64,000 nt of DNA from Octopus sinensis (GCF_006345805.1 NC_043025.1:15872001-15936000), one strand, 5' to 3'; counted from the first letter of the stretch, positions 39,673-53,116 are shown. Notes: generated by a model not told the origin, from the sequence alone. Program-made: numbers and translations.

Positions 39673-39949
39673 ATACACACACACACATACATACGTGTGT
39701 GTGTGGGTGTGAGTGTGTGTGTGGGTGTATATTGTGCATGCCAGTAATCTAGAAATGTATTCCAACAGACAAGGCAACTCTCATGGAACCAGGCAACCGA
39801 AATATAATCCTTTCAGAAACTAAACCTTTTCCAGGTGTCTTTGGAAAAACTTAATCTTTTTGAATTCTTGAGATTTTAGAAAGAACAACAAGGGATTATA
39901 TATGATGTATATAAAGAAACCAGCTGGCCAACTGAGGGGGTGTATATTG

Positions 39950-40530
39950 ATGTGTGTGTATGTATACATGTCTGTGTATGTTCAGGTATGTTTGTATATA
40001 TGTGTATGTGTGTGCATGTATGTATGTATGTATGTATGTATGTATGTATGTATGTGTGTATGTATGTATGTGTGTATGTATGTATGTATGTATGTATGTG
40101 TGTATGTGTGTGCATGTATGTGTGTATGTATGTATGTATGTATGTAGGAGGTATGTGTGTGCATGTATGTATGTATGTATGTGTGTGTGTGTATGTATGT
40201 ATGTATGTATGTATGTATGTATGTATGGTGTGTGTATGTATGTATGTTATGTGTGTGTGTTATGTATGTATGTATGTATGTGTGTGTGTATGTATGTATG
40301 TATGTATGTATGTATGTGTGTATGTGTGTGCATGTATGTATGTATGTATGTATGTATGTATGTATGTATGTATGTATGCATGCATGCATGCATGTATGTA
40401 TGTATGTATGTATGTATGTATGTATGTATGTATGCATGCATGTATGTATGTATGTATGTATGTATGTATGTATGTATGCATGTATGTATGTATGTATGTG
40501 TGTAGACACACACAAACACACACACACTTA
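39950..40530. repeat. (TATG)n/(TG)n compound microsatellite
   Basis: Directly visible. Confidence 0.95.
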
Positions 40531-41074
40531 TGATTTTAGTGTTATGAATGCGGGATTTTCTACACCTGGAGGATTTCAAAGTATGACCGGAATCTGACAG
40601 TGTGGATAGCCTAAAGCTTGGGTTTTGTGTTGTATTGGAAACACCTCTTTCTACCCTGCCATACATACACACACACACACACACACAACGAGCCTGGTGC
40701 AGCCTTCTGGCTCGCCAGTCCTCAGTCAAACCATCCAACCCATGCCAGCATGAAAAGCAGACATTAAACGATGACGATGATGATGATGCAGTTGAAATTT
40801 ATAGGGAAACAAAAGACAAAGACAGGTGATGAGCAACAAACAAGTGTATTTGTTTGATGCTTGGGAAAAATGAAAAAGTCTTTTATATTTTGAGCCCACA
40901 CTCTTCAACAGGAAAGAATAGAGAGCAGGGTATTAAGTAGTACCAACATTGCTAGAAATAAGACTCTTATTTCAAGCAATGCTGGTACCACTCTGTACCC
41001 TTGGTCACTTTAGTGACATCTATGAATTTGCCTTTAGGCTTCTAAATTACTTATAAGCCACCCATATTATTTGA

Positions 41075-44048
41075 GTTCTGTGATGCAACACTAACTTCAG
41101 GAAGTCAGACAGCCACCTGATTAACCTACCAATCAGGGACTCTGCTAGCCAGATTGATTTCATCCTTACCAGACAGCTGGACGCAGGGTTGCTCTTAAAT
41201 GCAAAGACCCTCCCAGGTGAAGAATGTATCCCCCAGCATAGGCTAGTCATTAGGGACTTTAGGCTCGAGGCCAGAAGGATACCAAGAAGCAGACCAATCC
41301 AGAAAAGAAGGATTTGGAAGCTAAAGAACCCTTCACATGTTCAGAGATTTAGGGACATCCTCATCAAGAAATTTGATGAGAGGGAGGAGGAGCTACAGAC
41401 ATCGGACATAGAAGGTAGCTGGAAATTCCTATGGGACAGCTTGCTGAGTGCCACAGACGAAATATGCAGATGGTGCAAATCCATTCCAGCCCTAGACTTA
41501 CGTGGTGGTAGAATAGTACGGTAGACAAAGCCATTAGAGCAAAGAAACAGGCCTGGAAAGCCTGGAAGGATGGGGGTAGCAGGGAACTGTACCAAGTAGC
41601 CGAAAGGGAGGTTGGGCGGCAGGTATACATAGCCAAGAGCGAAGCGGAAAAGAAGTTTGGCAATGTCCAGCGACATGAGGATCAAAGAACTAAGGTATTT
41701 CAGATTACTAGACAGTGTGTGAGAGAAAATTGTGATGTCACAGGAGAGAAGTGTGTTCGAATGGATGATGGGGCACTTGCTTTTACTGTTGGTGAAAAGA
41801 AAGAGGCTTAGAGAAGCCATTATGAAAGACTGCTGAATGTGGAGAAGGAATGGGAGGAGGAGAGCCTGCCAAATGTTGACCCAGTAAAAGGAGCAGCTAT
41901 CCAAATAGGCAGATCCCTAATAGATAAAGCAATTAAGGGTATGAAACCAGGAATCACTGCTGAGATGCTTAAAGCATCGGGTGGTGTGGGCTATGGCCTA
42001 GTCACCCGCATTGTAAACCAGGTAGTTCATAATGGAGTCATACCCAATGACTGGCATATCAGCACCATAGTCAACTGCTACAAGGTTAAAGGTAATGCTC
42101 TAGATAGCAATAACTACAAGGGTATCAAACTGCTGGATCAGGTGAGGAAGTTTCACAGAGAGGGTCATAGCCAATCTCATCAAGGAGAGAGTCTGCTTAG
42201 ATGAGATGCAGTTTGGTTTTGTTCTAGATAGAAGCACTACTGATGCCATATCCCTGGTCCGACAACTGCAGGAGAAGTACCTAGCTAAAGATAGACCCCT
42301 CTACTTAGCTTTTGTGGATTTTGAGAAAGCCTTTGACAGGGTCCCCTGATCCCTTATCTGGTGGGCAATGCAGAAACTGGAGATTGAAGAATGGTTAATA
42401 AGGGCTGTACAGGCCCTATACAGAGAGGCTGTTAGTAAGGTTAGGATTGGCAATGAGTATACTGAAGAATTCCAGGTAGAAGTAGGGGTCCACCAAATCT
42501 CACCCCTCAGTCCCCTTTTATTCATCATAGTCCTCCAGGCAATATCAGAGGAATTCAAGATGGGTTGCCCCTGGGAGCTCCTCTGTGCAGATGACCTGGC
42601 TCTCATAGCAGAATCACTACCAGAACTAGAAAAGAAATTTCGGGTGTGGAAGCAAGGGTTAGAATCAAAGGGCCTTAGAGTAAATATAGCAAAGACCAAA
42701 GTTATAGTAAGCAGAAAGGCGAACTCAGCACACACACCCTCGGGCAGGTGGCCCTGCTCGATCTGTAGGAAAGGTGTAGGTAGAAACTCCATAAGATGCA
42801 CCCAATGTAAGCTATGGACGCATAAGAGGTGCAGCAACATCAAAGGGAAATTAACTGATAAGATAGCTTTCATGTGCAGCAGATGCACAGGGACAATAGA
42901 CACCACAGATACTCAGAAAACAGATTCCATCACACTCCAGGGGAAGAAACTAGAAGTAGTTGATAGTTTCCGCTACCTGGGTGACCAAGTTAGTAGTGGA
43001 GGTGGATGCTCAGAGAGTATCACCACTAGAATACGAATAGCCTGGGCAAAGTTCAGAAAGCTCCTACCCCTACTGGTGACAAAGGGTCTCTCACTCAGAG
43101 TGAAAGGTAGACTGTATGATGCATGTGTGCAAACTGCCCTGTTTCACGGTAGTGAAACATGGGCTGTGACTGCAGAGGACATACGTAGACTTGAAAGAAA
43201 TGAAGCTAGCATGATCCGCTGGATGTGTAATGTCAGTGTCCATGCATGACAGAGTGTAAGTGCCCTGAGAGAAATGCTGGACATAAGAAGCATCAGATGT
43301 GGTGTGCAAGAGCGACGCTTGCGATGGTATGGTCATGTACTGCGGATGGATGAGGAGAGATGTGTGAAGAAGTGCCACTCCCAAACAGTTGAAGGTATCA
43401 GGGAGAGAGGTAGACCTAGGAAGACATGGGATGAGGTAGTCAAGCATGACCTCCGAGCGTTGGGCCTCACTGAGGCAATGGCAAAGGACCGAAATCTCTG
43501 GAGATATGCTGTGACTGCAAAGACCCAGGCTACTTCCTGCACCAGTTCCGCATAGCCCCTGCCCATTCAAAGTACCTTGGATTCAAGAACATCCCGCTGT
43601 GCTTGAGGAGACCTATTGAGTCAAGTACATGAACATCAAAATAAATATCAATGGAAATAGTAGTTGTCATACCTGTGCCAATGGCACATAAAAGCGCCAT
43701 CCAAACGTGGCCGATGCCAGCGCCGCCTCGACTGGCTTCTGTGCCAGTGGGACATAAAAAGCACCATCCGAATGTGGCCGATGCCAGCGCCGCCCTGGCT
43801 GGCTTCTGTGCCGGTGGCACGTTAAAAGCACCAACCGATCATGGCCGATGCCGGACCCCCCTGGCACCTGTGCAGGGGGCACGTAAAAAGCACCCACAAC
43901 ACTCGCGGAGTGGTCGGCGTTAGGAAGGGCATCCAGCTGTAGAAACACTGCCAGATCAGACTGGTGCAGCCCCTGGCTTCCCAGACCCCGGTCGAACCGT
44001 CCAACACGTGCTAGCACGGAAAACGGACGTTAAACGATGATGATGATG
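41075..44048 (+). mobile_element. RTE-clade LINE, 5'-truncated and decayed (second subfamily)
   Basis: End of APE (SQIDFIL), RT with LLCADD, PHD-like finger, RLRWYGHV, tail and (GAT)n. Confidence 0.94.
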
Positions 44049-44107
44049 ATATATGTATGTATATATTATATATATATGTATATATATAATATATATTTTA
44101 TATATAT

Positions 44108-44152
<45 letters not shown>

Positions 44153-44221
44153 GTATATATGTATATATATATTATATGTATATATATTATGTATATATAT
44201 TGTTATATATATTATATGTAT

Positions 44222-44435
44222 ATCATCATCATCATCATCGTTTAACGTCCGTTCTCCATGCTAGCATGGGTTGGACGTTGTCACGGAAGCCAACCAAGGC
44301 GGCGCTGGCATTGGCCTCATTCGGATGGTGCTTTTTATGTGCCACTGGCACAGAAGCCAGTCGAGGCGGCGCTGGCATCAGCCACATTCGGATGGTGCTT
44401 TTTATGCATCACTGGCACAGGTATGACAACTACTA
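44222..44435 (-). mobile_element. internally deleted RTE tail, inverted relative to 43660-44048
   Basis: Reverse-complement match including the GTATGACAACTACTAT end. Confidence 0.8.
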
Positions 44436-44552
44436 TATATGTATATATATATATGTGTATATATATATATGTATATATATATATATGTATATATATATGT
44501 ATATATATATATGTGGGCATATATATATCTATATATATATATGTGTGTGTGT

Positions 44553-44947
44553 GTAGGAGTGGCTGTGTGGTGAGTAGCTCGTTTACCAACCACATGGTTC
44601 CGGGTTCAGTCCCACTGCGTGGCCCCTTGGGCAAGTGTCTTCTACTATAGCCTCAGGCCAACCAAAGCCTTGTGAGTGGATTTGGTAGACGGAAACTGGA
44701 AGAAGCCCGTCGTATATATGTATATATATATATGTATGTGTGTGTATGTTTGTGTGTCTGTGTCTGTGCCCCCAACATCGCTTGCCAACCGATGCTGGTG
44801 TGTTTATGTCCCCATTACTTAGCAATTCGGCAAAAGAGACCGATAGAATAAATACTGGGCTTACAAAAGAATAAGTCCTGGGGTCGAGTTGCTCGATTAA
44901 AGGCGGTGCTCCAGCATGGCCGCAGTCAAATGACTGAAACAAGTAAA
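44553..44947 (+). mobile_element. full-length tRNA-derived CORE-like SINE with internal microsatellite (octopus OR-like; name uncertain)
   Basis: A box TGGCTGTGTGG, B box GGGTTCAGTCCC, CCTTGGGCAAGT core, tail GACTGAAACAAGTAAAA; about 10 relatives in the window. Confidence 0.88.
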
Positions 44948-45120
44948 AAAAAAGTAAGTATATATATATATATGTTGTGTGTGTGTGTGTTGTGGTGTAT
45001 ATGTATATATATATATATTATATATATATATATATATTATATATATTGGTAAAAACGGTAAGATAACAAAAGAAAGAAAGAGACCTCAATATTATGTAAA
45101 TAGAGGAAATTTATCTATAC

Positions 45121-45420
45121 AATATGTTACATTACTCGGTAGTCAAGATAAAACTCTGAGTTTCAGATGCCGAAGTGGAAATCCACAACACCATCTCTTC
45201 GGTTATCTGGCCATTGGAAAAAAAACGCTATGATAAAATACCGTTATATAAAGGGAAATTACTGTGTTATAAATATAAAACAGTAATTTCCCTTTATATA
45301 ACGGTATTTTATCATAGCTTTTTTTGCAGATGGCCAGATAACCGAAGAGATGGTGTTGTGGATTTCCACTTCGGCATCTGAAACAGAGTTTTATCTTGAC
45401 TATTGAGTAATGTAACATAT

Positions 45421-45421
<1 letters not shown>
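45121..45421. mobile_element. inverted pair of Penelope pLTRs forming a ~300-bp palindrome
   Basis: Arms of ~145 bp around ~45270; sequence matches the pLTR at 8808-8935; hammerhead-like motifs at 45146-45208 (-) and 45336-45396 (+). Confidence 0.8.
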
Positions 45422-45472
<51 letters not shown>

Positions 45473-45585
45473 GTATATAGATGTATATATTAATATATAT
45501 GTATATATGTATTTATATATATATGTATTTATATATATATGTATTATATATATATGTATTTATATATATATATAAAATTATTTCA

Positions 45586-45855
45586 CCTCAATTGGCCCCG
45601 CTCTCTTTAACATTACACCAAAACACATTAAAACAGAAACAGACCCTATAGGGTTCAAGAAGTCTTTGGACAGATTCCTTCAAGAAATCCCGGATAAACC
45701 CCCTACACCCGGATATGTCTCTGTAAACAATAACTGTCTACTTGAGTGAGCCATAGTGCCCAAATTCTGACTTGAAACACTTCACCAGGTGGTGCTATTA
45801 AGTTAGACATGGCCTGGGCCAATAATGGCCGAAACCTATCAAAGTATCAAAGTAT
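45586..45855 (+). mobile_element. CR1-like LINE 3' end
   Basis: GPALFNITPKHIK..FKKSLDRFLQEIPDKPPTPGY C-terminus and (TCAAAGTA)2 tail. Confidence 0.7.
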
Positions 45856-45864
45856 ATATATATG

Positions 45865-45908
<44 letters not shown>

Positions 45909-45954
45909 ATATGTATTTATATATATATGTATTTATATATATATATATATATAT

Positions 45955-46400
45955 CATCATCATATCATCATCATCGTTTAACGTCCGTTCTCCATGCTAG
46001 CATGGGTTGGATGGTTCGACCGGGGATCTGGGAAGCCAGAAAGCTGCACCAGGCTCCAGTCTAATCTGGCAATGTTTCTACAGCTGGATGCCCTTCCTAA
46101 CGCCAACTACTCCGTGAGTGTAGTGGGTGCTTTTTACGTGCCAGGCGAGGCTGGCAACAGCCACGGTCGGATTGGTGTATTTTATGTGCCACCGGCACGG
46201 AAGCCAGTCGAGGCGGCACTGGCATCGGCCACGAGTCGGATAGTGCTTTTTAGGTACCACCAGACCAGGGATCCTAGCTGGTTCAATTCGATTCCGATTT
46301 CGCTTGCCCCAACATGTCTTCGCAAGCAAAGGGGGTTGGCATGGGTGCCTGTCGTACGATCGGATTGGTGTATTTTACGTGCCACCGGCACGGAAGCCAG
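45955..46400 (-). mobile_element. RTE 3' tail fragment
   Basis: Matches 31478-31900. Confidence 0.85.
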
Positions 46401-46442
46401 TATATATATATATATTATATATACATATATACATATATATTT

Positions 46443-46706
46443 GGTCGTTGCCAGCCTACCTTGGCACCTAAAAAGCCCCATCCGTACATGGCCGATGCCA
46501 GCACTGCCTTGACTGGGTTCCGTGTAGGTGGCACGTAAAAAGCACCCACTACACTCACGAAGTGGTTGGCGTTAGGAAGGGCATCAAGCTGTAGAAACAC
46601 TGCCCGGTCAGACTGGAGCCTGGTGCAGCCTCCTGGCTTCCCAGGCCCCGGTCGAACCGTCCACCGCATGCTAGCATGGAAAACGGACGTTAAACGATGA
46701 TGATGA
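46443..46706 (+). mobile_element. RTE 3' tail fragment
   Basis: Terminal domain and (GAT)n. Confidence 0.85.
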
Positions 46707-46848
46707 TATATATATATATATGTATATATGTATGTGTATATATATATAATATATATAATATATATATATATATATCGCCATGTTGATTCGTTAGCTACTG
46801 CACGCATTTTTTTCTCTCCTTCTTTCTGTGTTTTTCTCTCTCTGTGTA

Positions 46849-46886
46849 TCTTTCTGTTGAAGAGCGTGGGCTCGAAACGTTAAAGA
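46849..46886 (+). ncRNA. minimal hammerhead-like motif (A6U) in pLTR 46776-46985
   Basis: UCUUU-CUGUUGA-A-GAGC gugg GCUC-GAAA-CG-UU-AAAGA. Confidence 0.65.
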
Positions 46887-46984
46887 CTTGTTTTATTTAT
46901 ATTTCCTGAGTGCCATACTAATACAATTGTTCGTTTGTTTTCCACCTGCCTTCGTCTTTTGTTTATTTTCATAAAGCTTCCCGT

Positions 46985-47022
<38 letters not shown>

Positions 47023-47367
47023 ATATACACACATGTATATATAGTAAGAGGAGGGTTATAATATCCAGACAGATAGTCTGGATATCTTAAGGCTGGTTCC
47101 TTCTGACAGTGTGTATGTTTTCTAAACTTGCTTTAGCTCCCATCCAATGTTGCAGTTTATTTCTTGGCTACTTAAGAGTGTAAAGTACAATATTCATAGC
47201 AAGGAGAATGAAGAATTTGAACATCCAAACTTTATGTGTTTTTAATAAACCAACTGTAAATAAACATAAAATTTGAATTCTTCATTCTCCTTATTATCAA
47301 TATTGTACACAGTGCCAGGTTTTCTTTCCCATCCCAGTTACGAAAAAAACAGATATTTTGATGTAAT

Positions 47368-47655
47368 GTGAAAGAAAGAAAGAAAGTTGTAAATATAGTC
47401 GAGCTAACGGTTCCTCATGAAGATAATATGGACGCCGCTCGGGCTCGAAAATTGAGCCGTTATGTAAATCTCCTCGAGGAATGTGAAGACACAGGCTGGA
47501 AAGCAGAACATTTTCCTATCGAAGTCGGATGTAGAGGGTTTCTTGGATACAGCGTGAGACGACTGTTGTTATCGCTAGGCCTAACTCATCGTAAAGTCAA
47601 TACCACCATGACTGATATCCAATCTACAGTGGAGAAGGCCACTGGATTTGGTTAA
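47368..47655 (+). pseudogene. restriction-like endonuclease C-terminus of an early-branching non-LTR element (HERO-like)
   Basis: IVELTVPHEDN..KLSRY..LLEEC..GW..PIEVGCRGF motif. Confidence 0.75.
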
Positions 47656-48119
47656 CAAGAGACGATGAGCGATGGCTAGAAGTATATTGAGTTTAACTTC
47701 ATAACCAGCTGATCTAGCAAGCGGGGCTTCATATCAGTGAGGGGGGCCGGTGCGCATTGATGCCGTTGAGAGGTAGGCCCTGAAATGGCGCGCATTCTCT
47801 CCTGATGACCCATACACTTGCTGGCTTCCGGTATACGGAGCTTTCAACTGGTAGCACTTGCATGTGCAAGTTGTTTGCAAGACTTGTTTGGGGGTAACCA
47901 GATCAAACCATCTCAAGGGTAACTGCCTGAAATGGTCATGACTTCTGGAGCTTGACAGAGGAAAGAAGGCCACGAATGACCCGTCCTTTTTTGCCTGTCC
48001 TTCTAATTGTTGTTTTTCTTGTCTGCCTTTGTATCGTCTCTCTGTCCGAATGTTCTAATGTCCTCTATCGCATTTTTGTTCCATTTTTATATTTATATAT
48101 ATTCATTTTTTTTTTTTTT

Positions 48120-48505
48120 TTTACTCGTTTCAGTCATTTGACTGCGGCCATGCTGGAGCACCGCCTTTAGTCGAGCAGATCAACCCCGGGACTTATTCTT
48201 TGTAAGCCCAGTACTTATTCTATTGGTCTCTTTTTGCCGAACCGCTAAGTGACGGGGACATAAACACACCAGCATCAGTTGTCAAGCAATGCTAGGGGGA
48301 CAAACACAGACATATACACACACATACATATATATATATACATATATACGACAGGCTTCTTTCAGTTTCCGTCTACCAAATCCACTCACAAGGCATTGGT
48401 CGGCCCGGGGCTATAGCAGAAGACACTTGCCCAAGGTGCCACGCAGTGGGACTGAACCCGGAACCATGTGGTTGGTTAGCAAGCTACTTACCACACAGCC
48501 ACTCC
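48120..48505 (-). mobile_element. tRNA-derived SINE
   Basis: Reverse complement of the 44553-44947 family. Confidence 0.88.
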
Positions 48506-48868
48506 TATATATGTATACATACATACACACTTATACATATATGTATATATATACACACATCCACATCCACACACATATATTATAATCATCACCATCATCA
48601 TCATCATTCTGACATCAACTTTACATGATTGCATAGGTCAAACAGTGTTGAAACAGATTTTCTTTGGCTGGACGCTTCACCTGTCCCCAACCCTCACCTA
48701 TTTTCAAGTCAGGTAATATACTTCCCCAGGGGCCAGACCTGTGTTTGCAAAAGGTTGGAAGTGAAAGGCATTCATTTACAGCAATCACACAATGTTAAGA
48801 CAAGGAGACACACGTCCCCCGCACACGTGTATATGAGGTGGCACAGAGCCCTGAATTTACATTTTCAA

Positions 48869-49172
48869 TCACTGGAGTTGGTTTGTGTTCCCACCAGTTT
48901 TTTTCATGGGGCAAATCCAGTTTTTGCAAATTACCCAGTGTGCAGCTCTATCATGCCTGTTGAGATACTCTGTAGGTGCAAGAAGACTGCATTTGGAGAC
49001 AACGTGATCAATGGTTTCATTTTGTTGTTGACATACATGACATGTTGGGCTACTGCCGTTCTTTAATATGTTGGCCTGGCAGTTTCTTGTAGGTAGGCAT
49101 TGATCTTGGGCTGCTATGATAAACCCTTCTGTTTCAGATTTTAAGCCAGAAAACATTAGTCATTGATGGGTA
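48869..49172 (-). pseudogene. R4/Dong-like non-LTR fragment (CCHC zinc motif upstream of RLE)
   Basis: ETEGFIIAAQDQ..CHVC..ETIDHVVSKC..EYLNRHD; abuts (ATT)n. Confidence 0.8.
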
Positions 49173-49227
49173 TTATTATTATTATTATTATATTATTATT
49201 ATTATTATTATTATTATTATCATTATT

Positions 49228-49783
49228 GACTGAGAGAGCAGTTCATGCCATCAAAGTGACACTGGGGTAAAATATACGAAGCCCAATATACCCATCATGA
49301 CTACCCGTCTGATAAAGGTACACCAGGCACATGCATCACAACCATATGTGCACGACATGGTGATCTCATATCAAGAGAAACAGCACATGACCTTGCAGGT
49401 GGAGCCCAGTTAGAATTTTCTTCAGGTCAAGTAGCCCATCCCACTCGAAAGGTCCCTGAATAAGGGTTGTTTAAGGATGTTGAAAGAACCACCCATGTTA
49501 CCAGAGGTAAATTATTCAAACCCCAAAGAATCCCTCTCAACACATGGCTATGATGCTCCCCCACTACTTCTGCTCTTGATCAGAGATGCACATATCGTCA
49601 GCCACCAAGGGACATGGTCAACTGGTTAAAGTCAAACAACTGACAAGCAAATCTGTTGTTTTGAGCAGAATATTTGCTGTAGCCCATCTTTTATACCAAG
49701 ACAAAACAATGTACATGATAACACTTCCAATCAGTTAAGATCAGAAGCCATGAGAGCCACTGCCTGGTACTGCATCAGGACAT
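49228..49783 (-). mobile_element. ~555-bp apparently non-coding repeat in (ATT)n; further copies at 51485-52025 and 52026-52460
   Basis: Three similar copies; the first is flanked by ATT tracts on both sides; strand inferred. Confidence 0.75.
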
Positions 49784-49847
49784 TTATTATTATTATTATT
49801 TTTATTATTATTATTATTATTATTATTAATCATCATCATCATCATTA

Positions 49848-50050
49848 AGGCAGTAAGGTGGCAGAATTGTTAGCACGCTGGATAAAATGCTTAGTGTTGT
49901 TTCACCTGTTACTCTGTTCTGAGTTCAAATTTGCCGAGATCGACTTAGCCTTTTGTCCTTTTCAGGTCGATAAAATAAGTACCGTTGAGATCAATGTAAT
50001 CAACTCATCTCCTCCCCCACAACTGCCGCCCTTGTGGCAAAATTTGAAAT
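49848..50050 (+). mobile_element. tRNA-derived SINE, second family (head also at 51119-51210)
   Basis: TGGCAGAATTG and GAGTTCAAATT boxes; homologous to 53117-53528. Confidence 0.75.
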
Positions 50051-50377
50051 CATCATCATCATCACCACCATCACCACCACCACCACCACCACCACCACCA
50101 TCATCATCATGATCACCACCACCACCACCACCACCACCACTACCATCATCATCATCATCACCACCAACACCACCACCACATCATCATCATGATCACCACC
50201 ACCACACCACCCACCACACCATCATCATCATCATCACCACCACCACCACCACCATCATCATTATTATTATTATTATTTTACTATTATTATTACTATTATT
50301 ATTATTATTACTTATTATTATTTTATTACTACTATTATTATTATTATTATTATTATATTATTATTTTACTATTATTC

Positions 50378-50423
<46 letters not shown>

Positions 50424-50426
50424 TAC

Positions 50427-50473
<47 letters not shown>

Positions 50474-50600
50474 TATTATTATTACTACTATTATTATTAT
50501 TTATTATTATTATTATTATATTATTATATTATTATTATTACTACTATATTATTATTATTATATTATTATTATTATTATATTATTATTATTATTATACTAC

Positions 50601-50642
<42 letters not shown>

Positions 50643-50854
50643 TATTATTATTATTATTACTACTACTACTATTATTATTATTATTATTATTATTATATTA
50701 TTATTATTATATTATTATATTATTATTACTATATATTATTATTATTTATTATTATTATTATTATTATTTATTATTATTATTACTACTATTATTATTATAT
50801 TATTATTATTATTATTATATTATATTATATTACTACTTACTATTATTATTATTC

Positions 50855-50890
<36 letters not shown>

Positions 50891-50924
50891 TATTACTACT
50901 AGTATTATTATTATTATTATTATA

Positions 50925-50955
<31 letters not shown>

Positions 50956-51003
50956 TATTATTACTATTATATATCATTATTATTATTATTATTATTATTA
51001 TAC

Positions 51004-51054
<51 letters not shown>

Positions 51055-51118
51055 TACTATTATTATTATTATTATTATATATTATTATTATTATTATTAT
51101 ATTATTATTATTATTATT
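50051..51118. repeat. (CAT/CAC)n followed by ~860-bp degenerate (ATT)n microsatellite
   Basis: Directly visible. Confidence 0.97.
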
Positions 51119-53116
51119 AAGCAGTGAGCTGGCAGAATTGTCAGGATGCTTGATGAAATGCTTACTGGTATTTCGTTTGTAGCTATGTTCTGAGTTCAGA
51201 TTCTGCCAAGTCACTTCCATCGACATTTCATCTGGAGTCTTTTCTTGGAGGATTTGTTCAATATCCTCAATCACAAAATGGCTTGCATTTTCTCTGTCCA
51301 TTTTAACTTTCTTAGCAACTGGTTTGTTTTCAATTTCAACAGATGGTATCTGCTTACATCTGAAATCTTCTGACATGACTCACTTTAAATGTATCGTCAA
51401 TTCTTTTTCAGTTTTTTCTTCTAACCAGAATAATTTTTTTGTTCCACACAGAATTTGCATGGATTTCTTCTTCTTATCATTATTGAGTGAGAGATCAGTG
51501 TATGCCATCAAAGTGACACTGGGGTAAAATATACGAAGCCCAGTATACCCATCATGACTACCTGTCTGATAAGGGTACACTAGGCACATGCATCACAACC
51601 ATATGTGCGTGACATGGTGGTCTCATATCAAGATAAACAGCACATGACCTTGCAGCTGGGGCCCACTTATAATTTTCTTCTGGTCGGGTAGCCCATCCCA
51701 CTCAAAGGGTCTCTGAATAAGGATTGTTGAAGGATGTTGAACAAACCACCCATGTTTCCAAAGGTGAATTATTCAAACCCCAAAGAATCCCTCTCAACAC
51801 ATGGCTATGATGCTCCCCCACTACTTCTGCTCATGATCAGAGATGCACATATCGTCAGCCACTAAGGGACATGCTCAACTGGTTAAGGTCAAACAACTGA
51901 CAAGCAAATCTGTGGTATTGAGCAGAATATTTGCTGTAGGCCATCTTTTATACCAAGACAAAACAATGTACATGATAACACTTCCAATCAGTTAAGATCA
52001 GAAGCCATGAGAGCCACTGCCTGGTATCAAAGTGACACTGGGGTAAAATATACAAAGCCCAGGATACCCATCATGACTACCCATCTGATAAGGGTATACC
52101 AGGTACATGCATCACAACCATATGTGCACGACATGATTTCATATCAAGATAAATAGCACATGACCTTGCAGGTGGGGCCCAGTTAGAACTTTCCTCTGAT
52201 TGGGTAACCCATCCCACTCAAAAGGTCCCTGAATAAGGGTTGTTTAAGGATGTTGAATGAAACACCCATGTTACCAGAGGTAAATTATTCAAACCCCAAA
52301 GAATTCCTCCCAACACATGGCCATGATGCTCCCCCACTACTTCTACTCATGATCAGAGATGCACATATCGTCAGCCACTAAGGGACATGCTCAACTGGTT
52401 AAGGTCAAACAACTGACAAGCAAATCTGTGGCACTGAGCAGAATATTTGCTGCATCCCATCAAAATGCTGCAGGTAGTACCAATTACTGTTATTACTGGT
52501 AGCGCTGCTATATATAGTGACCTGACTTAAATCCTTCAAATTATTTTTCACTGTGTGTAGTTCAGTTCTATGTTAGAGTTCCAGTTTTATCAGACAGTTT
52601 TTCTTTTCAAAATCTTTTTCACTGCGTGAGCCACAAATCCTCGTCGCCACTGATATGTCCCATTGTGACGACATATTCCATCGTCTCTGTGGAACTGGTC
52701 CGAATAGCATGCCTTCATCGAGTGATCTTACTGATTGAGACAGTCCACTATTTATTACTGATTGAGACCAGTCCACTACTCACCTGAGGGGTGTCCACCA
52801 CAACAGATTTCTTGTGGTGCTCTTATTTCCATTGTATTGAATATGTTTTACGTAGGACGTGTGTGCTTCTTTGCTGGTGAAATCCAACTTCATCCAAGTC
52901 TGTTGCAAGGATTACGCCATTGTTTTTACATTGTGACAGAAACTGAAGGCCATTTGACCACTGTTGCATAGAAGCATTTGGTGCTTGTATTCAGCTGGTT
53001 AATGACAATACATCACACATAGGGCCCCATATGGTAAAGATGTGGATGGGAAGAATGTGGGTAGAGGGGGATATGCTAGCAACAACACAAATAACTACGC
53101 AGAAACAGCCATAGTA

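Noticed and set aside
33065-39777. Very long ORFs (2124, 1722, 719 and 704 aa)
   Set aside because: The 63-bp unit is 21 codons and lacks stops in five of six frames; the peptide switches frame at indels, so the ORFs are a repeat artefact
39876-40738. YVCM/HTYI-rich ORFs
   Set aside because: Translations of microsatellite
47735-47815. GAAA..CTGATGA near the HERO-like 3' end as a hammerhead
   Set aside because: Stems I and II could not be closed in any permutation
50189-51376. Poly-L/Y/N ORFs
   Set aside because: Translations of (ATT)n; the short unique part at 51210-51480 could be a decayed TE ORF but was not identifiable
52560-53040. Possible decayed non-LTR coding remnant
   Set aside because: Too degenerate to assign
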